Shown one piece after another: positions 24,780 through 33,239 of a stretch of DNA of 36,993 bases. The stretch lies in assembly GCA_964458825.1 (NCBI GenBank), contig CAYWLE010000001.1, positions 1 through 36,993 on the forward strand. Direction: 5' to 3'. Source of the stretch: an uncultured Oscillospiraceae bacterium (GTDB lineage Bacteria > Bacillota > Clostridia > Christensenellales > Aristaeellaceae). Numbering within the stretch: position 1 is the first letter of the stretch; each line of letters starts with the position of its first letter. Under the pieces are notes generated by a model. That model was given only the letters and a program-made list of their open reading frames with translations, did not search any database and was not told where the DNA came from. A program made the translations under genes and the position numbers.

Positions 24780-24808
24780 ACTCTAGCACATCGCCAATGA
24801 AAAGTCAA
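24780..24808 (-). promoter_or_regulatory. candidate sigma-A promoter of the riboswitch operon (TTGACT-17 nt-TAGAGT)
   Basis: The -35 is at 24803-24808 and the -10 at 24780-24785 on the - strand, immediately upstream of the riboswitch. Confidence 0.5.
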
Positions 24809-24937
24809 TCGCAGGGCAGTTAAGTTTGAAAATGAAATTGTCTGGTTGAAAAAGGCGGAGAGCTGTGTTAAAATAACTGCCAGTGCCGCCAGCGCACGGA
24901 AGAGGAAAAATCAGCAAGGGTTCGTATCTTGCCGAAA

Positions 24938-25690
24938 TCAATTGAAAAGCCTTGCCGGTCGCTGAGGCGTTTTCAGTGAGATGAGCGCCAACAGGATCAG
25001 ACCGAGGCTGAGCGCCAGATGCACAAGACTGCCGCTGAGCAGGTAAAAGATCAGCATCGAGCCGGCCACGAGCAGGCAGCGCGGTGCGTTTCTCCGGCGC
25101 AAGAGCAGGTGCAGTATGCGTGCGGCATGGCGTGTGCGCGGCTGGCTTGGCGCGGCTGGCTGGCTGCGCAGAATATTTGGATGCTCGCAGATGAGCTGGA
25201 CAAGCAGCGGCGCATCGATCACTGCTACCCGCGGAGCCTTCAGTTCGGCGGCGAGGGCGCGGCAGTCGGGACTTGCCTTGCAGCTTGCGCAGACCACCAT
25301 GCGCTCGGCATCCCTGTTCCGCCGCCATAGCTCAAATAGCGCCTCTGGCTGCAAATCGCAGGATGGATGCCTCTGAATGAGCTGCACCCGCCCAACCTCG
25401 CCATAGGCAAGCTTCACCAGCTGCTCGGCAGCGCTGCGGGCGGCGGACTCCTCCATGCAGGCAAGGGTCATGATGCTACCCCGAGCGCTGCGGCGCAGGT
25501 TCCGGCGGCGAAGCAGGGGCAGTCCCTGCACGGCTGCTGCAATGCGGCGAAAAATGCGTCCAAGCAGCACGATGCACAGCATGGCGAGGGCTGCGCTGAG
25601 GATGCGGTTTTTGAAGGTACGCTGAAAGAAAAAGTAAAATGCAGCGGCGAGGAGCAAGTCCAGCGCGGCACGATCAATTTTTTTGCCCAT
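24938..25690 (-). CDS. hypothetical membrane protein (2 TM, ~110-aa basic soluble domain, 2 TM)
   Basis: 250-aa ORF with an AGGGAGG RBS 6 nt upstream of the ATG. TM segments are LLLAAAFYFFF, ILSAALAMLCIVLLG, CLLVAGSMLIFYLL and LALSLGLILLALISL. No family was recognised with confidence. Confidence 0.6.
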   Translation of the reverse strand: MGKKIDRAALDLLLAAAFYFFFQRTFKNRILSAALAMLCIVLLGRIFRRIAAAVQGLPLLRRRNLRRSARGSIMTLACMEESAARSAAEQLVKLAYGEVGRVQLIQRHPSCDLQPEALFELWRRNRDAERMVVCASCKASPDCRALAAELKAPRVAVIDAPLLVQLICEHPNILRSQPAAPSQPRTRHAARILHLLLRRRNAPRCLLVAGSMLIFYLLSGSLVHLALSLGLILLALISLKTPQRPARLFN

Positions 25691-25818
25691 AGAAGCCTCC
25701 CTTTGCAGGTTTTTCAGTAAGTCTTGCCGAAATTAAATAGAATATACAGAAGCCAATTTAGCTTTGGTTCACATTGATGCATTAAGCTATTCTTATCGGA
25801 ATGAAAGAGGTGGTTGCC

Positions 25819-26970
25819 ATGCGGATCGGCATCATGGGCGGAACGCTCGACCCGGTGCATCTGGGTCATCTGGCAATTGCCCGCGCCGCGATGGAGCAGC
25901 TAAAGCTGGATGGCGTGATGCTGCTGCCCGCCGGTGATCCGCCCCACAAGGGAAACCTTGCCCCCAAGGAGGATAGGCTGGAGATGGCTCGTCTGGCTGC
26001 GGCAGAGCTGAACGGCGGCTTTGCCTGTGCGCTGGAAACGAGGCGCTCCGGTACGACCTACACCGTGGATACCCTCACCGAGCTGCGGGAGATGAACCCA
26101 CGCACGCAGTGGTGCTATCTGGTCGGCGCGGACACGCTGAAGGTTATAGATACATGGCGGCGCTTCGACGAGGTTGCCAAGCTGTGTGAGATCGCGGTGC
26201 TTGGCCGCGGCGCTGAACCTGCCGATCAGGCGCTGGCACGGAGCCTTGAGCAGCGCTACGGCGCGCAGATCCGTCTGCTGCCCGTGAGCGGCCCGGAGAT
26301 ATCCTCCACAGAAATCCGCCGCCGGGTGAACCATGGCTTGGATATCGGCGCTCTGGTTCCAGATAGCGTCGCGGCATACATCCGCTCCCATGGGCTCTAC
26401 CTCTGCGGCATGCAGCGAAATGAGCTTATGCAGGAGCTTCAGTCCACCCTTTCGCCGGGCAGGCTCCGACACACGCTTGGCGTGGCGGAAACGGCGCTTC
26501 GGCTGGCGGAGCGCTATGGCGTGGATGCAAAAAAGGCTGAGCTTGCAGCGCTTCTGCACGATTGTGCCAAGCACATGCCCGTCGAGGAGATGCGCGCGCT
26601 GGTAAAGCGGGGCTGCACCGACAGCGATGATGAGGAAATGGCAAACGAGCGGGTGCTGCATGCGCCGGCAGGCATGGTTTGGGCGCGTGAGCGCTTCGGC
26701 GTAAACGACCCGATGATCCTCTCCGCCATCCGCAGGCATACGCTGGGCGACCGGGGCATGAGCCCTCTGGATGCGCTTATCTACACGGCGGACTTTATCG
26801 AACCCAACCGCAAGCCCTTTGACGGGCTGGAGGAGGCACGGGAGCTTGCCGAGCATGATATCTTCGCGGCGGCGAGGCGCTGTGCGGAGCTAACCAACCA
26901 ATTTGTATTGAGCGGAGGCGGGAAGCCGCATCCGAAGACGCAGCTGATGCTGAATAACAGCAGCAAATAG
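25819..26970 (+). CDS. nadD: fusion of nicotinate-nucleotide adenylyltransferase (NadD) and YqeK-type HD phosphohydrolase
   Basis: Start chosen at ATG 25819 (AGAGGTGG RBS). The N-terminal half contains IGIMGGTLDPVHLGHL, the (H/T)xGH nucleotidyltransferase motif. The C-terminal half contains RLRHTLGVAETA...LLHDCAK...HAPAG...IRRHT, matching an HD domain of YqeK type. Confidence 0.85.
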   Translation: MRIGIMGGTLDPVHLGHLAIARAAMEQLKLDGVMLLPAGDPPHKGNLAPKEDRLEMARLAAAELNGGFACALETRRSGTTYTVDTLTELREMNPRTQWCYLVGADTLKVIDTWRRFDEVAKLCEIAVLGRGAEPADQALARSLEQRYGAQIRLLPVSGPEISSTEIRRRVNHGLDIGALVPDSVAAYIRSHGLYLCGMQRNELMQELQSTLSPGRLRHTLGVAETALRLAERYGVDAKKAELAALLHDCAKHMPVEEMRALVKRGCTDSDDEEMANERVLHAPAGMVWARERFGVNDPMILSAIRRHTLGDRGMSPLDALIYTADFIEPNRKPFDGLEEARELAEHDIFAAARRCAELTNQFVLSGGGKPHPKTQLMLNNSSK

Positions 26971-26985
26971 ACAAGGAGGAAGAAA

Positions 26986-27348
26986 ATGATCGATTCCAAG
27001 CAGCTTGTATTGAAGGCAGCAAAGATACTGGATGAAAAGGGTGCAAACGACATCGAGATACTGGAGGTAAGCCACCTGACCTCCATCACCGATTATTTCC
27101 TTATCGCCAACGGCAGAAACGTGCAGGCTGTGCGCACGCTGGCAGAGGATCTGGAGGATAAGCTTGCGGAGGAGGGCATCGAGCCGCGCCGCAAGGAGGG
27201 CGAGCGGGAGAGCAAGTGGATCGTGCTGGACTATGCCCACGTGATCGTGCATATCTTCCATCCCGACGAGCGGAAATACTATAACATCGAAAGGCTCTGG
27301 CAGGATGGAACCAATCAGATTCCCTTCATCCCGCTGGAAGGCAAATAA
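26986..27348 (+). CDS. rsfS: ribosome silencing factor RsfS (iojap)
   Basis: 120 aa reading LTSITDYFLIANGRNVQAVRTLAEDL...WIVLDYAHVIVHIFHPDERKYYNIERLW. Confidence 0.88.
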   Translation: MIDSKQLVLKAAKILDEKGANDIEILEVSHLTSITDYFLIANGRNVQAVRTLAEDLEDKLAEEGIEPRRKEGERESKWIVLDYAHVIVHIFHPDERKYYNIERLWQDGTNQIPFIPLEGK

Positions 27349-27402
27349 ACATATATAAGTATATTAAGGATAGGATCTGTTTCAAACCAAGGAGGCTGCT
27401 AC

Positions 27403-28722
27403 ATGTGCAAGCACGAACACAAAATATTCAATTCCAAATATGAGTGCATGAGCCGCGACGAGCTGATTGCCCACCAGAGCGCCAAGCTGCGCGATGTAGT
27501 GAAGCACGAGTATGAAAATGTGCCGCTCTACCGCGCCAGAATGGATGAAAAGGGCGTCAAGCCCGGCGATATCCGCACCATAGAGGATTTGAGATACCTG
27601 CCCTTCATCGAAAAGACTGACCTGCGCGACGAATTTCCTTATGGCCTGCTTGCTGTGCCGAGGGAGGAGATCGTGCGCATCCATGGCTCCAGCGGAACCA
27701 CCGGCAAGCCCATCGTATCCGGCTATACCCGGGGCGATGTGGAGATATGGAGCGAGATGATGGCGCGCACACTCACCGCTGCGGGCTGCGGGCAGGGCGA
27801 TATCGTGCAGGTTGCCTATGGCTTCGGGCTATTTACCGGCGGCTTCGGTGCCTATCAGGGTGCGGACAGGATCGGTGCCATGGTACTGCCCATGTCCAGT
27901 GGCAATACCCAGCGCCAGATTATGATGATGCACGATATGGGAACCACCATCCTCTGCTGCACGCCCAGCTATGCCACCTTCCTTGGCGAAACCATACGCG
28001 AGATGGGTATGGATCCCAAGAAGGATCTCAAGCTGCGTGCCGGCTGCTTCGGTGCGGAGCCTTGGACGGAGGCAATGCGGCAGAAGATAGAGGAACTGCT
28101 GGGCATAGACGCCTGCGATATCTATGGTCTTACGGAGATATGCGGTCCGGGCGTGGCCTACGAGTGCCTCGCCAAGAATGGCATGCATATCAACGAGGAT
28201 CACGTGATTGCCGAGATACTCGACCCTGCCACCGGCGAGCCGCTGCCCTATGGTCAGGAGGGCGAGCTGGTGTTTACCACCATTACCAAGCGTGGCATGC
28301 CCATGCTGCGCTACCGTACCCACGACCTGTGTACCCTGACGGATGAAAAGTGCGCTTGCGGCAGAACCTTTGCCCGCATGGGTCGCATCACCGGCCGTAC
28401 CGACGATATGCTCATCGTGCGCGGTGTGAACGTATTCCCCAGCCAGATTGAATCCGTACTGGTGAAGACCCATGGCGTGGCTCCCCACTACATGATCTAT
28501 GTGGATCGTGAAAACTCCAGCGATGTTATGGAGATACAGGTGGAGCTGACGGAGGAGATGTTCTCCGATACCGTGGGACAGATCGAGCAGGTGCAGAGAA
28601 GCATCTTCGAGGGCATCAAGTCGGTGGTTGGCGTGGCAACCAAGATCAAGCTGGTTGCTCCGAAATCCCTCCAGCGCTTCGAGGGCAAGGCAAAGCATGT
28701 AGTGGATCGCAGAAAGCTGTAA
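27403..28722 (+). CDS. paaK: phenylacetate-CoA ligase family (aryl/indole-acetate-CoA ligase) adenylating enzyme
   Basis: 439 aa with the AMP-binding P-loop IHGSSGTTGKP, YGLTE and DMLIVRGVNVFPSQIE. Confidence 0.85.
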   Translation: MCKHEHKIFNSKYECMSRDELIAHQSAKLRDVVKHEYENVPLYRARMDEKGVKPGDIRTIEDLRYLPFIEKTDLRDEFPYGLLAVPREEIVRIHGSSGTTGKPIVSGYTRGDVEIWSEMMARTLTAAGCGQGDIVQVAYGFGLFTGGFGAYQGADRIGAMVLPMSSGNTQRQIMMMHDMGTTILCCTPSYATFLGETIREMGMDPKKDLKLRAGCFGAEPWTEAMRQKIEELLGIDACDIYGLTEICGPGVAYECLAKNGMHINEDHVIAEILDPATGEPLPYGQEGELVFTTITKRGMPMLRYRTHDLCTLTDEKCACGRTFARMGRITGRTDDMLIVRGVNVFPSQIESVLVKTHGVAPHYMIYVDRENSSDVMEIQVELTEEMFSDTVGQIEQVQRSIFEGIKSVVGVATKIKLVAPKSLQRFEGKAKHVVDRRKL

Positions 28723-28795
28723 AGAGCGGCACTTGGGAATGAACATGAACAGCATCTAACAAGATACCCGACGGCAGATAGGGAGGCTTACGAAT

Positions 28796-29233
28796 ATGTT
28801 TATCAAGCAGATATCGGTATTTCTGGAAAACCGACCCGGCACCCTGCGCGAAATGACCAGCACGCTCGGCGAGGCGGGCATCGATATTCGGGAACTGAGC
28901 GTTGCAGACACTCAGAACTTCGGCATCGTGCGCATGATCATGCGCTCGGATGTGATCGATCCCACGATGGCTCTTTTGAAGAAGAATGGCTATACCGCGA
29001 GGATCAACCACGTGATCTGTGCGGAAATATCCGATGCACCCGGCGGGCTTACCAAGCTTCTCGGCATAATTGAGGATGCGGGGCTTTCCGTGGAATATAT
29101 GTATGACTTCCGCAGGAATGCCAGAGGCAACGCGTTGATGGTGCTCCGGCTCTCGGAAAACGACCGCGCCTGCAAGGTTCTGCTGGATGCCGGCGTGGTG
29201 GTGTATTCTCAGGAGGAAATTAATAAATACTAA
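28796..29233 (+). CDS. ACT domain-containing protein (tandem ACT), usual partner of PaaK-family ligases
   Basis: 145 aa. MFIKQISVFLENRPGTLREMTSTLGEAGIDIRELSVA forms one ACT unit. A second ACT-like unit reads ICAEISDAPGGLTKLLGIIEDAGLSVEYMY. Confidence 0.7.
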   Translation: MFIKQISVFLENRPGTLREMTSTLGEAGIDIRELSVADTQNFGIVRMIMRSDVIDPTMALLKKNGYTARINHVICAEISDAPGGLTKLLGIIEDAGLSVEYMYDFRRNARGNALMVLRLSENDRACKVLLDAGVVVYSQEEINKY

Positions 29234-29261
29234 ATTGCGGGATCAAGCCTGTGGATGGAGG

Positions 29262-29291
29262 GGGAGAGGCATTGCTCTCCCTCTGTCTTTT
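29262..29291 (+). terminator. rho-independent terminator after the paaK-ACT pair
   Basis: GGGAGAG-gcattg-CTCTCCC forms a 7-bp stem. TCTGTCTTTTG follows. Confidence 0.65.
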
Positions 29292-29331
29292 GCCTGCTAT
29301 TTGCCCGCTATATTGAAAGGATGGATCGATC

Positions 29332-31101
29332 ATGGAAAAGCGCAGATGCGATATGGATGCAGCATACCTTTGGGATCTGACGGCGATATTTGCCGATAAT
29401 GCGCAGTGGGAGGCAGCCTTGACCGACGCTGAGGCGAGGATCGCCGCGCTGGATAGTCTTCCCGGCTCGCTGGGTGCTTCAAGGGAAGCGCTCAAGGCTG
29501 GCTTGGATAAGATATTCGCCGCAGCAGAGCGGCTGGACAAGGTATATACCTATGCCTTCCTCAATTCCTCCGGCGATAATGGCGATCCTGCCGCGCAGGA
29601 GATGCTGGAGCGTGCCACCCGGCTGTATGTGGCGTTTTCCACGGCGACGGCTTTCCTCAGCCCGGAGCTTCTCTCCATCGAAGCAGCCAAGCTGGATCAA
29701 TGGATGGCTGCCGAGGACATGGCTTTCTACCGCCATATGGTTGGCGACGTCTGCCGCAGCCGCAGCCACACCCTGTCCGAGGCGGAGGAGCGCCTGCTCG
29801 CCATGCTGGGCGACGCGGCGCAGACTCCTAAAAAGACCTTCGACCTCTTCGAGAGCGTGGACATGCGCTTCCCCGAGATGAAGGATGGCTCTCCGCTTAC
29901 CCACGCCCTCTTTGGCAGGTATCGTGAGAGCGGCAATGCTGATATCCGCGCCGAGGCATTTGAGAAGTATTTCGGCGAGTATCGGAAGTATATCAATACG
30001 CTGGCGAGCCTCTATTCCGGCAGCGTGAAGCTGGATTGCTTTTATTCTCAGGCGCGCCGCTATCCGAGCGCTCTGGAAGCCGCGCTTCATGCCAATAACA
30101 TACCCACCGAGCTTTACCAGAACCTCATCTCCTGCGTGCGGGAGGGCATACCAGCCATGGACAAGTATCTTCAGCTGCGCAAGAGCCTCACCGGCGCGGA
30201 TAAGCTCCGCCTGTGCGATCTCTATGCGCCGCTGGTGGAGGATGTGGACGCTGCGCTGGATTATGCCGAGGCACAGCAGATGGTTCTGGACGCCCTCAAG
30301 CCCCTCGGAGAGGAATACCAGTCCCTGCTCAGGCGCGCCTTCAGCGAGCGCTGGATCGATGTATATGAGAATAGCGGCAAGACCACCGGCGCCTATTCCT
30401 GCGGCGTGTTCGGCGTGCATCCCTATGTGCTGCTCAATTATAGCGGCGAATATGGCAATGCCTTCACCCTTGCCCATGAGCTTGGTCATGCCATGCATTC
30501 GTGGTTTTCCGATCAGAACCAGCAGTATGTAAACCATGACTATGCCATCTTCGTCGCCGAGGTTGCCTCCACGGTAAACGAAGTGCTGCTGACGAGGCAT
30601 CTGCTCTCCAAGGAGACGGACAAAAAGAAGCGCGCCTATATCCTCAACCACCTGCTGGAGGCATTCCGCACCACCGTATACCGCCAGACCCTCTTTGCTG
30701 AATTTGAGCTGCGCAGCCATGCCATGTATGAGGCTGGCGAGGCTCTGACGGCACAGAGCTTGGATAAGCTCTATCACGAGCTGAACCAGAGCTACTATCC
30801 CGGCGCTGAGGGCACGCCTGAAACCGACAGCGAATGGGCGCGGATCCCCCATTTCTATAATGCCTTCTATGTCTATCAGTATGCCACCGGCTTTTGCAGC
30901 GCGGTTGCCATCGCCGAACGCATACTCAATGGCGGCGGCGCGGCGGATTACCTGCGCTTCCTCACCACCGGCGGCAGCATGTATCCCATCGATGAACTCA
31001 AGCTTGCGGGCGTTGATCTCACCAGCCCCGAGCCCATCCGCAGCGCGCTCAGGCTCTTTGATGCAACCATCGATGATTTCGCCGCCCTCATGCAGGCATA
31101 A
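29332..31101 (+). CDS. pepF: oligoendopeptidase F (M3B metallopeptidase)
   Basis: 589 aa with the zinc motif TLAHELGHAMH and M3B-like flanks (YSGEYGNAF, HFYNAFYVYQYATG). Confidence 0.88.
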   Translation: MEKRRCDMDAAYLWDLTAIFADNAQWEAALTDAEARIAALDSLPGSLGASREALKAGLDKIFAAAERLDKVYTYAFLNSSGDNGDPAAQEMLERATRLYVAFSTATAFLSPELLSIEAAKLDQWMAAEDMAFYRHMVGDVCRSRSHTLSEAEERLLAMLGDAAQTPKKTFDLFESVDMRFPEMKDGSPLTHALFGRYRESGNADIRAEAFEKYFGEYRKYINTLASLYSGSVKLDCFYSQARRYPSALEAALHANNIPTELYQNLISCVREGIPAMDKYLQLRKSLTGADKLRLCDLYAPLVEDVDAALDYAEAQQMVLDALKPLGEEYQSLLRRAFSERWIDVYENSGKTTGAYSCGVFGVHPYVLLNYSGEYGNAFTLAHELGHAMHSWFSDQNQQYVNHDYAIFVAEVASTVNEVLLTRHLLSKETDKKKRAYILNHLLEAFRTTVYRQTLFAEFELRSHAMYEAGEALTAQSLDKLYHELNQSYYPGAEGTPETDSEWARIPHFYNAFYVYQYATGFCSAVAIAERILNGGGAADYLRFLTTGGSMYPIDELKLAGVDLTSPEPIRSALRLFDATIDDFAALMQA

Positions 31102-31128
31102 ACCGGCTGTTTCCTTCAGGAGGATATC

Positions 31129-32100
31129 ATGTGTACCGCAATGAGCTATAAAACGGCTGCCCATTACTTCGGACGCACCTTGGATTATGAGCGCGGCTAT
31201 GGCGAGCAGGTCATTATCACGCCACGCCGTTGTCCGCTGCACTTCCGTCGGATGGATGCTCTGGATAGCCATAGCGCCATCATTGGCATGGCTGTTGCGG
31301 TTGGTGATCAGGCGCTTTATTATGACGCCGCCAACGAGCATGGCCTTGCCATGGCTGGGCTGAACTTTCCCGGCAACGCCTGCTATTATCCCGAGACGGC
31401 GGGGAAGGATAATATCGCTCCCTTCGAGCTCATGCCGTGGGTGCTGGGTCAGTGCAAAAGCACCGCCGAGGCACGCTCCCTGCTGGAGAGGATCAACATC
31501 TGTAATATTGCCTTCAGCAATGAAATGCCGCTCTCGCCGCTGCACTGGATCATCTCCGACGGCTCTGCCTCCATCACCGTGGAAACCCTGCGCGACGGCA
31601 TGAGGATCCATGATAACCCGCTCGGCATACTCACCAATAACCCTCCCTTCGATTACCACATGACCCACCTCTGCGATTTCATGGGCGCTTCCGCCAAGCC
31701 TGTGGAGAACCAGCTTGGCTTGCCAAGCCTCAAGCCCTATAGCCGCGGCATGGGCGGCATGGGTCTGCCGGGCGATTGGTCGTCCGCTTCAAGGTTCGTT
31801 CGGGCAGCTTTCGTCAAGCTCAGCTCCGTCTGCGGCGCGGGGGAGAATGAGAGCGTCAGCCAGTTCTTCCACCTGCTCGGCGCTGTGGAGCATACCCGCG
31901 GCTGCGTGCAGCTGGAGGATGGCTCCTATGAAATCACCCGCTACACCAGCTGCATCAATGCCGATACCGGCGTGTATTACTACAAAACCTATGAAAATAG
32001 CGGCGTCTGCGCTGTGGATATGCATCGCTGCGATTTGGATGGCTCGCATCTCTATGCCTATCCGCTCATCGATGAGATGCAGCCGCACTATCAAAATTGA
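31129..32100 (+). CDS. choloylglycine hydrolase family Ntn-hydrolase (bile salt hydrolase / penicillin V acylase type)
   Basis: Starts MCTAMSYK...HYFGRTLDYE, giving the Cys2 nucleophile and the FGR..D motif. 323 aa. AGGAGGA RBS. Confidence 0.85.
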   Translation: MCTAMSYKTAAHYFGRTLDYERGYGEQVIITPRRCPLHFRRMDALDSHSAIIGMAVAVGDQALYYDAANEHGLAMAGLNFPGNACYYPETAGKDNIAPFELMPWVLGQCKSTAEARSLLERINICNIAFSNEMPLSPLHWIISDGSASITVETLRDGMRIHDNPLGILTNNPPFDYHMTHLCDFMGASAKPVENQLGLPSLKPYSRGMGGMGLPGDWSSASRFVRAAFVKLSSVCGAGENESVSQFFHLLGAVEHTRGCVQLEDGSYEITRYTSCINADTGVYYYKTYENSGVCAVDMHRCDLDGSHLYAYPLIDEMQPHYQN

Positions 32101-32112
32101 GGCAATATATAG

Positions 32113-32146
32113 GAGCCGCCGGTAATGATAATCCGACGGCTCTTTT
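32113..32146. terminator. terminator between the convergent hydrolase and GDPD genes
   Basis: GAGCCGcCGG-taatgataat-CCGaCGGCTC is followed by TTTTG on the + strand. Confidence 0.65.
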
Positions 32147-32156
32147 GCATGCTGCG

Positions 32157-32975
32157 CTATTGTTTTTTGTTCGCTGTGTAATCCGGCACGAAGCCCTCGA
32201 ATATAGGTATCTCGCCAGAGCAGATGGCTTCTGCAAAGCGCTCGGGGGTTCTGATCGTCCAGCATGCCATCGGCGTGCGAAATAGCGCGCGCTGTAAGCT
32301 TGGAACGGGGAAGGCGGCGTCTGCATCATAGGCGACAAAGTCCGGTCGGGCGAGGCTGTTGAGCGCTAGGCTCGCCAGCAGCCAAGCCACAGCCCTTCCG
32401 AAGCTGGGCAGGTACCCCTTCATCTCTGTCACAAGCTGTCCGCGCAGCACAGACCGCGCATGCCTGCGGAACCAGAGCAGGATCAGCGGATTGAAGGACT
32501 CGATCAGGTATCTTCCCCTGTAGCCGCGCAGCAGAGAGAGGGTCTTTTGGCAAAGCTCGGCGTTGCGGCGTCCGTTCTTTAGCTCAATCAGCAGCGGAAC
32601 CCGACCGTTCACAAGCCTCAAAGCCTCCTCAAGGGTGGGAATCCTGCCGCCATGGGGCAGGGAAATGCCGCAAAGCTCCTCCAGATCCACCGCATCCAGC
32701 CTGCGGCTATCGCCTGTCAGGCGAAGCAGGTCGTCATCGTGAAAGACAACCACCGCGCCGTCACGGCTCAGCTGCACGTCCAGCTCGATGCCAAAGCCAG
32801 CTTGGCAGGCTGCCTCAAAGGCGGCAAGGGTGTTTTCGCAGCATGCCTGATCGTGCAGCCCGCGATGGGCAAAGGCAGCGCCGCGCCAGCGGTGCATGGC
32901 TCGCCGCCTGCGCGATGGAGCAAATGTGAATATCGCAGCGGCAGCCAGAACCAGCAAAATGATAAAGCCAAGCAT
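32157..32975 (-). CDS. membrane-anchored glycerophosphodiester phosphodiesterase (GDPD family)
   Basis: Start set at ATG 32975 (GGAGGA RBS), giving MLGFIILLVLAAAAIF (TM). GDPD motifs seen are FAHRGLHD, IELDVQLSRDGAVVVFHDDDL and LIELK. The 449-aa track ORF is a read-through into an upstream pseudogene. Confidence 0.8.
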   Translation of the reverse strand: MLGFIILLVLAAAAIFTFAPSRRRRAMHRWRGAAFAHRGLHDQACCENTLAAFEAACQAGFGIELDVQLSRDGAVVVFHDDDLLRLTGDSRRLDAVDLEELCGISLPHGGRIPTLEEALRLVNGRVPLLIELKNGRRNAELCQKTLSLLRGYRGRYLIESFNPLILLWFRRHARSVLRGQLVTEMKGYLPSFGRAVAWLLASLALNSLARPDFVAYDADAAFPVPSLQRALFRTPMACWTIRTPERFAEAICSGEIPIFEGFVPDYTANKKQ

Positions 32976-33008
32976 GCATTTCCTCCGTGCAGCATCGTGA
33001 TATCTATT

Positions 33009-33036
33009 ATTATAGCGCATGCGGACAGAAAAGCAA
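33009..33036 (-). promoter_or_regulatory. candidate promoter for the GDPD gene (TTGCTT-16 nt-TATAAT)
   Basis: On the - strand the -10 lies at 33009-33014 and the -35 at 33031-33036. Confidence 0.4.
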
Positions 33037-33239
33037 GCATCCTCAAAGGATCCAAAAGAAGCACTCGGCAGATTAAGCGGCTCGCATCCATTTCTCTTTC
33101 CTTTATCTCTTTCCTCTTTTTCCATCAGCCAAGCGCAGTCAGAACCACGAAGCCAAGTATGGTCGGCTGCGTCATGATCGACAGCGTGGAGGAAAGGAAG
33201 CCAGCTTCGCTTGCATCGTGGGAGAAGGCGGACAGCACG

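Noticed and set aside
29479-31668. 729-aa - strand ORF spanning pepF and the hydrolase
   Set aside because: It is antisense to two genes with catalytic motifs (HELGH; the Cys2 Ntn start with AGGAGGA RBS) and crosses their intergenic gap, which is not gene-like.
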